In this document: piece by piece, positions 1 to 11,935 of the stretch
How the letters are laid out: the number at the start of each line of letters is the position of its first letter
Numbering within the stretch: the first letter of the stretch is position 1
Notes under the pieces: model-generated
The model's input: only the letters and a program-made list of their open reading frames with translations
Databases searched by the model: none
What the model was told of the DNA's origin: nothing
Source of the DNA: Blepharisma stoltei ATCC 30299
Lineage: Eukaryota; Protista; Ciliophora
Assembly (NCBI GenBank): GCA_965603825.1
Contig: CBFDEM010000037.1
Coordinates: 496,001-560,000, forward strand
Reading direction: 5' to 3'
Length of the DNA: 64,000 bases
Program-made: the position numbers and the translations under genes

Positions 1-1205
1 GATCTATGGTATTTGTGGTAAAGCCAAAGGATTGGGGGAGTAATTATGAAAAATTGCATATCATTAGCTAAATATCATGCTTGGCCTAAACAAGTGCTGG
101 ATTTTCAGTTGGGAACAAAATTATTTACGTATAAGATATCAGTTCACCAATACTTTTTGCAAGGATCGTTTATGGAATTTCCTCTATATCACAGTGGGCC
201 ATTCCCGATGTGCTTTTGGAGAGACCAATAGAATAAAATCACAAATAAGTATAAAGGAGTTAGACGGAGGTATCTATGAACATAAATCATGATCCAATTC
301 GCTTTCTTAGGAGAATTAATTTCAGCTATCAACAAATATGCAACTAATAGCCCAGCAAGCCAAAAAAAAGTATCAACTGATACTTCTCCACTCGCAGGAA
401 TAATCATATCAGAGCTCTTCAAAATATCAATAAAATGGTCACCATTCGAAATCACTGCCTCTGTTCAAAGCAATAAACACGTATGGCCAAGAATAACCCA
501 TCCAATTGAAAGGACCCTGACACTGTTTAATAACTCTAACGTATCTTTTTTCCCTAATCTTTCTTGGCTTCTGCTTATAAATAGTTTTTTTAAATTGGTA
601 ATCATTGAAAAACAAAGCAAGTATTTAATAGCCAAAGATCTCTCTTGTGGCTCAGAGCCAAGCTTATCTATACTTTGGGGTTTTGATATCTCGTAATACT
701 CTAAAATAGTGGCGGATAAGCATATAAAAGCAATAATTGCAATAAAAATTATCATTAATATTGCACCGGCTGAATAATCGCTGAAATTGTCATCAATGTA
801 TTCTTTGGGGAAAACTATTGGAGTATTTGGATACTGAGTAAGAATTTTCTGGGAATTTTGGGATTTTAGGGCAGATGGTAATTGGTGAAAAAAACTTGAA
901 TTTGTCAATATTTGGATATAATCCTCCTCTGTACAAACTTTTGGCCCACAAAGAGTAATAACCATAAACGGAAACACTATCTCAATTACAGTGTATTTTG
1001 CAATCGAAATATCCGTGCAGGGATCATATTCACCTAAGTTATTAATCATAAACCCTGAGTATCTAAACATCTTTGTATAGTCAGATGGGTTGGGATCAAG
1101 AATTCCTTCAGCTCCTTTCAAAACTTTTGCTCACTCCATCTCGCATTCCTTTAAGCTTGATTGAGAAAAAGCTAATGAGAAGATTAACATGAGAACCTGC
1201 CACAT
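1..1205 (-). CDS. NRF-6/O-acyltransferase-like (acyltransferase 3 family) membrane protein, 3' end beyond window
   Basis: ATG at 1205 with signal-like MWQVLMLIFSLAFS. Joins ORFs 465..1121 and 189..455 through in-frame TGAs (1131, 465, 189, 144 and two more below 120). Motifs VDTFF, HRYLRLTP, GPLW, CKKYWW, WYLANDMQF, with TGA at conserved Trp positions. Confidence 0.9.
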
Positions 1206-1698
1206 TTTTATTCTTGTAAGCAAAAATCAGAATATGGAGAGAAATTATTTTTAGAAATAGGTGAAGAATTATTTGCAAAAAATTTTATCATTTTTGTTTA
1301 CAGTATTTTAAGTTAAATTTTCAAAATTAGAATAATATATCCCGTTTTTTATATTTGATCTTAAAAAATAATAATAATTTAGCCAAAAATTGCAATCTCT
1401 TTTTGAGTATCCAAAAAATGTTTGCATCTATAAGCCATTATGAAAGTTTATCAATTTTATAAAAAAATAATTATAATAGCTGTTTTAACTATAGCAGTTT
1501 GAACCAAAAGCAATTAAAATTTTAGGTTTATTTAAAATGGTCTTCAAGTGGCAAACTATATCAATCGCTGCCAATGCTATAAATATTGTTTGAAAGGCTA
1601 AATTATAAGAATTTTGAATCTCTGATTGAAAATTGATATAATAAGCTAGCAGGTTTCATTATATTGAATAAGCGATATTTTAATTTTAATCATCCATT

Positions 1699-1917
1699 AT
1701 GAACTCAAAAAGGACTTTATCAAGTATGCCAAGCGACAACATGAGCATTGTTTCCTGTTACAATATAGAATCTTGTAACACAACTCAAAAAACTCCAACT
1801 GTCCTTGAATATTCCTTCGAGTCCCAGCTCATATCAAGATCAACTGCTCGAAAAAGCAATTTTTCATTAACAAGCTACTCCAAAGCTGAGACAAGCTGCA
1901 AGTGCTCAGTTTTCTAA
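1699..1917 (+). CDS. Small Ser/Thr-rich protein with C-terminal CaaX-like motif (CSVF)
   Basis: 72-aa ATG..TAA ORF with higher GC than its flanks; ends SCKCSVF. Confidence 0.55.
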   Translation: MNSKRTLSSMPSDNMSIVSCYNIESCNTTQKTPTVLEYSFESQLISRSTARKSNFSLTSYSKAETSCKCSVF

Positions 1918-1990
1918 AAATTTAAAGCTGCTAATTTATCTAAATCTTTAATCTATTTTATTTTCGAAACTCTATAAGTTAAGTTATAAT

Positions 1991-2551
1991 ATGGATCCTG
2001 GCCGTGAAGCTACTGGAAACAATTGTCTATACTGTTTATTTCTTACCTCAGCCGTCTCTTTACTGATAGTTGGGCTCGGAAATATTGCTGGAGGTGTCGC
2101 AGTCTGGAATAAAGCTGAAAGCTTCAATTGGTACAATGGAGCTTATATCATCCTAGGCGGTGTTTTGACATTACTTGTAATTCTATCAGGAACAACTCGA
2201 AAATCAATGGCTTGAATCTCGATTTATTTGTTTTTGCTTTTAGCCTGCCTATGTGCAGAAATTGGATTTACTTTGGGAATTATTTTTTATTCAGATTATG
2301 AATCAATATTAGGAGAAGAGTATGCAAACGCTATCAGATATTCAATGCTAGCTGGATGTGTCATTGTTTTAGTATGCTTTTTAATCGGATGCTGGTATAG
2401 AGGCAGCTTGAGAAATGCAGTGTTTTATAAAGAAAATGAGCACCTATTGAATCCAAGAGATGTAAAATTTGAGACACCACGAACAGATGCGAAAAGAGAA
2501 GAAATGGCAAATAAATATGACAAATTAAAAGAAAAATGGGAAAAAGCATAA
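1991..2551 (+). CDS. Four-TM, tetraspanin-like membrane protein (186 aa)
   Basis: ORFs 1991..2215 and 2228..2551 are in frame through TGA 2213; four hydrophobic segments and a charged C-tail. Confidence 0.8.
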
Positions 2552-2563
2552 AACTGTAATTAT

Positions 2564-3499
2564 TCAGATTAACGATTTCATGTATTTTCTCAAATTAACT
2601 CTGATGTTTTCATTTTTTGCTAAATCGATCGCCAACTTATTTCCTTCGCTATATATATTAGGATTCGCGCCATGCTCCACAAGCATTCTTATAGCTTTTT
2701 CATTGCCAGTCCTGCTAGCTAAATGAAGGGCTGTTCTTTTAAACTATATAAAAATTACATGGTCAACAACATCAATTAGTCCAGGTAAATCTAAAAGGAT
2801 TTTCATTATATCAAAATTCCCTCTTAGAACTGCCCAGTGCAGACCTGTCATATTTAATAAATCATAGGAATATGCTAAACTTTTCTCCTTTGCGAGATAT
2901 GTATAAACGAGGGTTTCATCACCTTCTTTGCAAGCTCTAATAAAATTTTTTACGTCTTGGTTATAAGCATGCCTATGAATCTGAGCATCGCTTGATGATT
3001 TGTGGTGGGTGAAGTTGATCGACTTAAAAAACTCGATTTTTTGGCTTAAATGGTATTTCGACGCTTCCGGTAATTTTACTTCTTCGTGAGGTTTTTGATT
3101 GGGTTGGGGTTTTATTTCGTTGATATTTTCCACAATCGAGCTTGCCAGCTGAAATGTATTTCTGGGTATCGCAACAATCCCAACAAACTCACTGGTATAC
3201 TTTCCATCCTTTTTGTTGTAGTTTTTGGCTAGATTTTCGTTTATTATGTATTCGGCTTGGTAATCTTCTTCCGGGATTTCTTTATACGAAAACCCTTTGG
3301 CTTTTGACTTATTCATTTCCTGAGTTTTATATATGTTGAAACCTTCAGACTTGGAATGTCCTCTTTTTTTCCTCTCTTTACGAGCTGAAAGAGAAGGAAG
3401 CACAGATGATGTCCTTGAGATTTTCGACAATTTTAGATCTCTTATTGATCTGGAAGTAGGTAGCAGAACTTCTAAGATGTCATGCTTTAATCGGCTCAT
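2564..3499 (-). CDS. Ankyrin-repeat protein; one 15-nt intron; ends at TGA 2564-2566 or, if read through, TAA 2525-2527
   Basis: TGLHWA repeat. Splicing out 2744-2758 restores VDH|FKRTALHLASRTGNEKAIRMLVEHGANPN. Confidence 0.85.
2744..2758 (-). other. 15-nt spliceosomal intron GTAATTTTTATATAG
   Basis: GT..AG, contains the in-frame TAG that ends the ORF-track call; removal restores an ankyrin repeat. Confidence 0.92.
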
Positions 3500-3513
3500 A
3501 TTAATTTATAATT

Positions 3514-6500
3514 TTAATTATTACGGCCAAATAATTGAAGTAGAGATGTGATTTCTTCTGAAACGACTTGGTTTTCATTATAATCGACGTTTTCTCTGAT
3601 TACTTCTTGTGGGGATTTTTGAACTAAATCTTCAGTGAGCTCATCTTTGCTGTTTTCTATGATGTTTTCTTTTGTATTCTTATAGACCTCTGCTTGATTC
3701 TCTCTTGCAGTGTAGAAATCCCAAATCACATCATATTGAGTTTCTTCTAAGGCATCAGCTTCTAAACTTACAGTTTTTCCTGTAACTGTCATAGTAAAAT
3801 CAGAAGGTCCAAGCCCAGTCTCATTGATGTTTTTAATTGAATCAATCCTATCAATCTCCACAAGTCGTCCAAACTCATAATTTGTCTTCATTTTATCCAA
3901 AATTTCTTCAAACCCTTTTAGCTCTTCCAAAGACTCTTCATATCCTTCTTCATAAGCCTCATATATTTCTTTGGCTTTATTATAAGTATTTTCAATCCAT
4001 TCACACCTCAGCTCGCATTCTAAATCCAATTTTTCTATTTTTTCACAAAGCCGCTCAGTTTGACTGCATTTTGAATAGTCTTTTTCTATGATTTTATCTT
4101 GGCATTCATCAGATCGGTCCATGCAGCTATTTTCCCATTTTTTGCAGACTGTGACTTCGCTTAAGCATTGGCATTCTCCATCACAGTTTCTTTTTTGCTT
4201 TATACAGATGACTTCAGATAAGGTGCATTCTACCTGAATATTTTCACAGCCTGTATTATTACTGGAGCAGGACTGTTTATTAGAATATTGAGTACATTCT
4301 TCGTTTATATTAGTTGTGCATTGCAATTTTGATGGGCAGGTTAGGGTGGAATTACATCTCATTGCATCCCAGTATGAGAGACTTTGAGTTAAATTATCAA
4401 TAAACAAGCCATTTTCGACTAGTGCGTCATAACCATAATTGACCCATTGATAAATAAGGTCTCTTGTGGATTCTTCAATAGAGTCTACGTGGTCTTCATT
4501 GATTTTGAAGTCAACTGAAAAAATAGCCGTGGATATATCAGGGTTGGTTTCACCTGTAAAGTCAAGAGTCACGTTATAAATGCCAGCGAAAATATATCCT
4601 GATGTAGAAAACTGGTATTTGTTGTTATTGATAGAAATTGACTCAGATTTTTCAATTTCCCAAGCGTAAAAATCACCTGATATAGTTCCTTCACTTTTTT
4701 CTTCTTCTCTATCTGTTTTAAGAAAAGCGGCTGGGCTGCTCATTTTAGCGTTTTCTCTTAAGAAATAAAAATCATCCAAGGTAACATTTATATCAAAATC
4801 TCCTGATACAAAAGAATCAGTTGTTCCTTCTAATTCTCCATATACTCCGCAATATTCAGCATTTCCTGAAAGGTAAAAAATTGAAGATTCATATTGGTGA
4901 TCTATAAATATCCCAGCAGGAAAGCTTAAGCATGCACTTGCTAATGGAATAGAGTCAAAAGATTGATAGGAATAGCCTCCAAGATAGTTATAAAACTCTT
5001 CAGTTGTAATATTTTGGATATATAATGAAAAATTGTTATAGGTGTAGCTATGGAAATTAAGATATAGCTCTGTATCTCCTGATAAGCAAGACTCACTAGC
5101 TTGATTGTTTTCCCAACAGTCTTCTCCTATTAAAGCGTTCCCAAGACTTGTGGATTCTATCAAAGTTCCATTTCCATCCACAAAGCCTGTGAGAGAAATC
5201 CCAATAATATGCAGCCGAAGGACTTCCATAGCATTTTCCCATAGGTCTTCACTCTGAGTTTTGAGCTCTGCAGTGTAATTTTCACCTTGACTAATTGTTC
5301 CGATGAACCTTAAAGTTGTTTCACTATCAACTTGTAAGTAAAATGCTCCTTCAACAATCAAAACTAAGCCTTGCTCTTCATATTCAGCACTTAAGCCTGC
5401 TTCTTCAAAATCTACTGAGTCACTAAGTGGGATATCACTCATATCACTTTCTAGAACTATTGTATTTTCTACAATATACCCATCTAGTTTAAGCTCAGTT
5501 TCTCCTTCTTCAACCCCATATCTTTGTAATATTCCACAAAAGTCATTTTTTTCGCAGTTATCATTAAAAGTGCATCTTATTTCTATTATAACCCCTTGTT
5601 TCCATTCCTCTCGATCTGCATCCAGCATAGATGCCATAATAGGGGAGCTAGTAACATTAATATCAGCGCTGCTCATATAGACTGTTGTTTCGTACACAGA
5701 AATTCCATAATCATATAGCCAATCAGGTCCAATTGTATACGAATTTATAACAGTTTGCACTGCTTCATGGACTCTTCCTGATATAACTTCAAGACTTCCT
5801 CCTTGAGCTTCTTCTCCATATATCGCATAGCTTGTATCAGGCTCAAAATAAAGCTGAATTTGTGGACTCATGATTGTTCCATTCTTAAAATCAGTCACCA
5901 CATAAGGATCTTCAGGCAAGAAAACTGGGAACATATCGTTATCTTCAGGAAACATTTGTTGGTAAAAATCTTTATCTATTTGTTCAACTGTAATTTCAGT
6001 TGGATCTGTAAAGACTCCATTAGCTTTCATATGCCCATCGTCTGCATCACTATAAACCATTAGTGATATAGTGTAATTATAATAAACCCAGTTTGTATAT
6101 ATCTTATAAATACATGTTTGTTCAGCTTTATCATTAACTAGAAACCCAGGCGCAGAGTCTACAGCGATTTCTGGAGAAATTGCAAATGGTGGGGTTGTGT
6201 AGCCTATGGTTTCTTCATTCATTATCATTTCATCACTATTGCTACTATATGTAAAAGTTTGTGTGCTAGATGTGCAGTGCAAGGATTGTAGTGAAGAAAT
6301 TCCTCTTGGCGGCTGTACTGATGTACAAGGTGAGTCTGCATCAAGGACTTTTGCTCATTCGTTAACTGTATAATCAGTTCCTATATCTAATGTGCTTACA
6401 AAAGTATCACTATAATTCCTATAATAATCAGTCTCTATTTCAAAGCCGACACTTACTTTATTGCTTCCGCTTTTAATGTCACAAGTCCCTGAGTAGACAT

Positions 6501-7113
6501 TGTAGCCAACTCCGTATTCAAAATAGGTATACATAGTGTCTAAATAATAAGTAGTGGATTCTGATACTTCTGCTGTATCCTGAGCATCATAATTCAAAGA
6601 GAGATAGTCATAGGAAGATCCATTATATCTGGTTCCAATATATGTCAATGTCGTGGAATTTTCTATATCAAAAATCTCAGGGACTGCTACATTAATTGGG
6701 CTAATTCCGAGGAAATAATCAAAAATTGCCTCGTAATCAGCCTCTTCTTTAAACTGAAACCCAGAAATGCAAATCATTGAATTATTGACTGCTACAGCGT
6801 ACATTTTAGCTTGAGGAATGTGATCACTCACATCAGTTAGAATGGGCTGAATTTGCTCTTTAGTCTCCTCATAATAGCCTTCAAGATATGCCACATCAGG
6901 GTATGGAGCTGTATATACAAAATCAGCTTGGCATAATGTGCACACTTCTTTTATGTAGTTTGTCTCAGTTGTAGAGCAATCATAACCTACGTATGAAAAG
7001 CCTTCTGGCAATGCAGGCTCTATATTAATATTACCAAGTTCTATTTGTGAAGAAGATGTACGGAGTCTCACAGAAGAGACTAGTGTGAATAGGGATATGA
7101 GCACGAAAACCAT
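3514..7113 (-). CDS. Large secreted acidic protein (1199 aa) with Cys-rich C-terminal region, function unknown
   Basis: Signal peptide MVFVLISLFTLVSS; ORFs 6355..7113 and 3514..6282 join in frame through TGA 6355 with no TAA/TAG between. Confidence 0.85.
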
Positions 7114-7668
7114 ATTTATCCGTTTCTTTTCAAATTAAAGTATTGCGATATGATTTTGGGATAGGATAAAGAAGAAAATAAATTTGAATAAATAATGATT
7201 TTGGATAAAATAAAGAGCATTATAGCTATATGATAGAAAAGGGATAGAAAAGGTTGTTATTGCGAGGCAATATGATAATTCATAAACTATTATAGTATAG
7301 GATAAGAATATAGATAGCCGTACAATTTTTCCTTCTTAATTTTAATCTTTTGAAAAAATTCAGAGCGGATATCTAGAAAATATAGGCAAAAATAATTAAA
7401 TAGTATTTAAAAGGACAATACTAAGAAATTGTGATGAAATAATTTTCTGTTTGCAATTTGCTATATGTACGTTGCTTATAAAAATAAATTAATTTATACT
7501 TTTGCAAATTTTATTTAAAAAATCATTTTATTTAAATCAATTTAAATACTAAAAGCAATTCAAGCATAACTTAATAAGTATATTTACAGCAAAATATAAG
7601 TTTACAATAACTTCTCTCAATGCAGCCTCAATAAAATAAAAATTTCTATATCAGTTATTAAACTTATA

Positions 7669-8778
7669 ATGGCAACAATAACTAAAGCAGAGCTCCTTTC
7701 CTTAATTTCAGATATTTTCCGTAAAAATCCTGATGACGTCTCCATTGAAGCATTACGTGTTTTAGTCCGCCTCCTCACAAATATTCAAATGAATCCCACA
7801 GACCCTAAATTTCGATCCATAAAGAAAACAAATGAAACAATTCAAAAAAAGCTTCTCCCATGCGAAGGAGTTTTACCACTAATTTATGCAATCGGCTATA
7901 AAGATAAAGGTGCTGAATTCCTCACAATTAAAGAAAAATTAGATAATATTAAGCTATGCTTAGAAGCTATTGAAGAAATCAAAGAACTAAGACCTGGAAG
8001 CGATTTTGGAAGAGACAGCTCAACACCAAACACTCCAATTGGAGGTAACAGCCAAAAAAGTTTAGAATCTGCATCAATAACAGACCAATTGCAAGCTTAT
8101 AGAGTCCAACAATCATCACCTTTGTCATCACTTCCAAAATCGCCTGAAAACATAGAAAAACCTCCTACTAAAGTATCACCAAATAAAAGAACAGGAAGGG
8201 CTCAAGAAGCCAAACAAGAAGAGGACCATGAGCCTGATTTCAAATTAGAATGGTCAGGAAGCTCATATGATGGCCCTATAAAGGATGGCTGGTTTGAAGG
8301 GTTTGGCAGGTTTAGGTTTCCAAAAGGAGTTGTATATGAAGGAGAATTCCATAAAGGCGAGTTTCATGGAAAAGGGACTTTAATTTTCCCGAATGGGGGA
8401 AGATATAAGGCATCTTGGGATAGAGGCAGAGCTGTTGATGGGGAATATGAGTATTATGATGGGCTAAAATATAATGCTCAGGACTGGAATTATTGTAAAA
8501 TTCCTGATAGAAGGTTTTATACGGAAATTAAAGAAGGGTTAAGACCGGCTGGGGCGACTTTGATTGTAAATGATCCTCAAGGTCCTAATGAAATACCTCC
8601 TGGAACATATGACATTGGAGAAGGGTATTATGATCCATCAGTAAAAGCTGCTTATTCATATGAAGGAGAAGAGCTTGAAACACCAATGGACAGCGATTTG
8701 ATAGATATTCTCAAAAAGTATAGGTATAATCCTGCAGAGGTTCAAGACCTTTCTGATGAGGAAGATTTATTAGTTTAA
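7669..8778 (+). CDS. PUB domain fused to MORN5-like MORN-repeat protein
   Basis: N-terminal NIQMNPTDPKFRSIKKTN (PUB); MORN repeats YEGEF..G; C-terminal WNYC..DRRFYTEI..GLRPAG and IPPGTYDIGEGYYDP typical of MORN5. Confidence 0.85.
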   Translation: MATITKAELLSLISDIFRKNPDDVSIEALRVLVRLLTNIQMNPTDPKFRSIKKTNETIQKKLLPCEGVLPLIYAIGYKDKGAEFLTIKEKLDNIKLCLEAIEEIKELRPGSDFGRDSSTPNTPIGGNSQKSLESASITDQLQAYRVQQSSPLSSLPKSPENIEKPPTKVSPNKRTGRAQEAKQEEDHEPDFKLEWSGSSYDGPIKDGWFEGFGRFRFPKGVVYEGEFHKGEFHGKGTLIFPNGGRYKASWDRGRAVDGEYEYYDGLKYNAQDWNYCKIPDRRFYTEIKEGLRPAGATLIVNDPQGPNEIPPGTYDIGEGYYDPSVKAAYSYEGEELETPMDSDLIDILKKYRYNPAEVQDLSDEEDLLV

Positions 8779-9190
8779 TAATTTATTTTTATATCAAGCT
8801 GTTTCTTTATCAAAATCAAATTAAAGAGCATCTAGTTAATAAATAAAGATGAAAAATGCATTTCAAATATCAAAAAATCCTTTTAAATTCATTTTAATTT
8901 GATTTTATTTTTTTAAGATACATGACATAATTACAATATCTCATTTTTCTTTTCAACTATTTTTGTCCAGTATATAATTTCCATTTTAGATATAAAAACT
9001 CAACCGCTGCCCGAGTTGAAAAATCCGAAAATAATAAGCTTCTAATCTTTTTTAATATAAAAAAAATCCATCTAATAGTTTCTTAGTAAATTATTTTGAT
9101 ATTAAATGCTGGATTTCTTTCAACTCACAAGATTATAATTTAAAAGAAATTTAGATAAAAATAACATTAAAATACATTTAAAATTGTTTT

Positions 9191-9400
9191 CTAGTTGACC
9201 TTGACGCTTTGTAAGCTCATTTCTGTTTTCATCTCTCTTGATCTGTTGCTTGCATTGAGGATTGAATCAAGTTTCTTGATGTAAAGCATGTAATCCTCAA
9301 ATGTCTCTTTGCTAGGTATTTGCTTTCGTCTGGATATAGATATAAACTTGGGCACTTGCTTGATGGTAGATTTCCGGTTACTACTTGAAGCACAACCCAT
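9191..9400 (-). CDS. Small predicted N-myristoylated/palmitoylated protein (69 aa)
   Basis: ATG at 9400 gives MGCASSSNRK; ends at TAG. Confidence 0.65.
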   Translation of the reverse strand: MGCASSSNRKSTIKQVPKFISISRRKQIPSKETFEDYMLYIKKLDSILNASNRSREMKTEMSLQSVKVN

Positions 9401-9871
9401 CTTAATATTTATTATCACACCATGTTAACTTATTTGGATTTAAGATTTCGGTCGAAAATGGAGCTATTAAAACCGATTATCATCATTTTTTTGGAAATTT
9501 TGCAAAAAAATTAGCTAAAATTTTTTGAAATCAGGAAATTAAACAATAAAATAAGGATAATGAAATAAATTCATCCTATTCGATTAATATTAATTTTAAA
9601 AATAAAACCAAAAATATTTTGCTTGATCTAAAGAATCTAGAAGGATTTTATATGTTTAAAAGTAATTTTATTTTAAAAGTCAAAAAGTTTTATCATATCT
9701 CAAAAAAATTAAAAATTTTTTATAGTAAATTAGTTTCTTATAATATGATCTCCTAAAATAAATGTTAATATTTTGTAATTTGATCTTCATAAATATAAGA
9801 ATTTAAAGAAAATATTAATTGATTTAGTTTACTAATAATCAATTAATCAAACGCGCTAAATAATTTTATAT

Positions 9872-10321
9872 CTAATCATCGAATTTATTATAAGCTAAGT
9901 AATCTTCAAGATCACTTTTGTGCATTTTCATTCAATCTCTTAGTATTTCTACATCATAACTGTCAAACGCAAGTATTGCAGACGTAACGCGGCACCTGTT
10001 TAATGAAGTAGGATGAGATTGCTGTCCCGCTAAATTTCCATCAATAAAGACTTTAGAAATTATTTTATCCCTTTCATGAGTAATTGTTTGTTTGAATTTC
10101 ATTTTATGCATCTCAAAGAATTTCTTTGCAAAGACAGTGATGCTTCGAATTTTCATTAGTTCTTCAACTTGATTCGGTTTTTTATTGATATATTCTGGGA
10201 AAGCATTTTTGAAAGAGGTGTATTGAGTTTCATGTGAGTAGTTTGCAAATTCTTGAGGAGAAATTGCTTCCATGCGAGACAAAAGACTTTGAGGATAAAG
10301 ATTGCAGCTTCTATTGCTCAT
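9872..10321 (-). CDS. Hypothetical protein (149 aa), possible divergent dsRBD-like fold
   Basis: ORF 9932..10321 extends through TGA 9932 to TAG 9872 (WMKMHKSDLEDYLAYNKFDD). Confidence 0.65.
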
Positions 10322-10550
10322 AATTTTGTAAAATAAAAGCCCCTTAATAATTACATATTTTGGATCAGTCAGAAGTTAGCAAAATAATGGGAGGCTAAAC
10401 GATTGCTCTATTAAAAAAAATATTAGCACCGTTTTATGAGCTTACCCCAAATTATTTCAGATATTTACTATAAAATTAATAAGGTCCATAAGCTAACAAT
10501 TTACTATTTATTATCCAAAAGTATTCGTTTTTCACTAAACAATTATAAAA

Positions 10551-11282
10551 ATGAAAGCACTGCTTGTTGCTCTTTTCTTGACTCTAACGTTAGCCAGTAC
10601 CGATTGCGAGGACAAAATCGAGTTCTCTCCTTCATCAGACACTTACGAATTCACCCTTGCTAACCTTCCTTATCCTCAGGATTTCTTAGAGCCCATCCTA
10701 ACGTCACAAATCCTTTATGCCCATCACGACCATCACCACCAAACCTACTACGACAAGCTAAATTCCTATATTGCCGAAGAAGCCGACCTTCAAGACGACA
10801 CACTTTTAGAGTTAGTCAAAGGTGCAACTAATGACGAGAGCTTACAGAAATATGCTGGAGGAGCATACAATCACAACTTTTATTGGTGGGTGTTGACTAA
10901 TCCTACTTGCGCTCAAGGTCAGCCTAGTGGAAGTCTATATGAGGCAATCGTAAATACTTGGGGCAGTTTTTCAGATTTCCAAACTGCCTTTGATGACTCT
11001 AGCACTAGCTTGTTTGGAAGTGGATGGACTTGGCTGTGTGTAAATGAAAGCTTTGGGCTTGAAATAAGAAATACAGCTAATCAGATCAACCCAATGATGC
11101 AGGTAGACGGAAGCATGTGCTATCCAATCTTAGCTAACGACATTTGGGAGCATGCTTACTATTTGAAGTACATGTGGGATCGTGCAAGCTATATTGATGC
11201 CTTTTGGAAGATTATAGATTGGGATATTGTAGAAAATTTCTACGAGAATTATGCAAGCCAATTGAAAGGTGTTCCACTTTAA
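10551..11282 (+). CDS. Fe/Mn superoxide dismutase with N-terminal signal peptide
   Basis: HHDHHHQTY, NHNFYW, FGSGWTWL, DIWEHAYY metal-ligand motifs; leader MKALLVALFLTLTLA. Confidence 0.95.
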   Translation: MKALLVALFLTLTLASTDCEDKIEFSPSSDTYEFTLANLPYPQDFLEPILTSQILYAHHDHHHQTYYDKLNSYIAEEADLQDDTLLELVKGATNDESLQKYAGGAYNHNFYWWVLTNPTCAQGQPSGSLYEAIVNTWGSFSDFQTAFDDSSTSLFGSGWTWLCVNESFGLEIRNTANQINPMMQVDGSMCYPILANDIWEHAYYLKYMWDRASYIDAFWKIIDWDIVENFYENYASQLKGVPL

Positions 11283-11749
11283 TGAAGAAATAAAATTAAT
11301 TATTAGTAATTTTTATAAATTCAGTAATCAGAATATAAAATGGCTTACCAATTAGAAAAATTTTCAATGATTATTAAGAGATTTAGAATAAATCCTTGCT
11401 ATTTAAAATTAATACAAAAAATTAATAAACTAATAATTAACTATAGAGTTTACTCTAAAATGATTAATAAATAAAGATGAATTATGATTAAACTCTATGG
11501 TTTATTTAGAAAATGGCATGGATGATTATAATAAATAAAATGATGATTACGACAAGCATATGTCTGCTCTTGATGAAAAATTTTTTCACTGATTTAATAA
11601 TTGAATACAATAAGAAATTGTTTCAAGTGTGAGCTTAAAAAGCTTCTTTTCATAGATATGATTTTATATAAACAATTGCTAGAGATTAGACTTTAATTAC
11701 TCTAATTAACCACTAAATAATAAGTGTATTAACTTGTCCAAGTGCTAAT

Positions 11750-11935
11750 AAGACGCGGGCTATTGAGAAATACAGCTAATAAGATTACTTAATGATGACA
11801 GTATATAGAAGCCTATAAGCTAAGCTTTAGCTAGCAATAAGTCATTTCATACTTAATTTGAAGTATATGTGGAACTATGTTAACTATATTACGCTCTTTG
11901 GAAAATTCTAATTAAAGAAAATTTCTATAGGAATT
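11750..11935 (+). pseudogene. Decayed duplicate of the 3' part of the SOD gene
   Basis: Collinear matches to about 11050-11250: AGAAATACAGCTAAT, ATTTGAAGTAyATGTGG, CTATATT, TTTGGAA, AGAAAATTTCTA; indels and stops. Confidence 0.75.
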
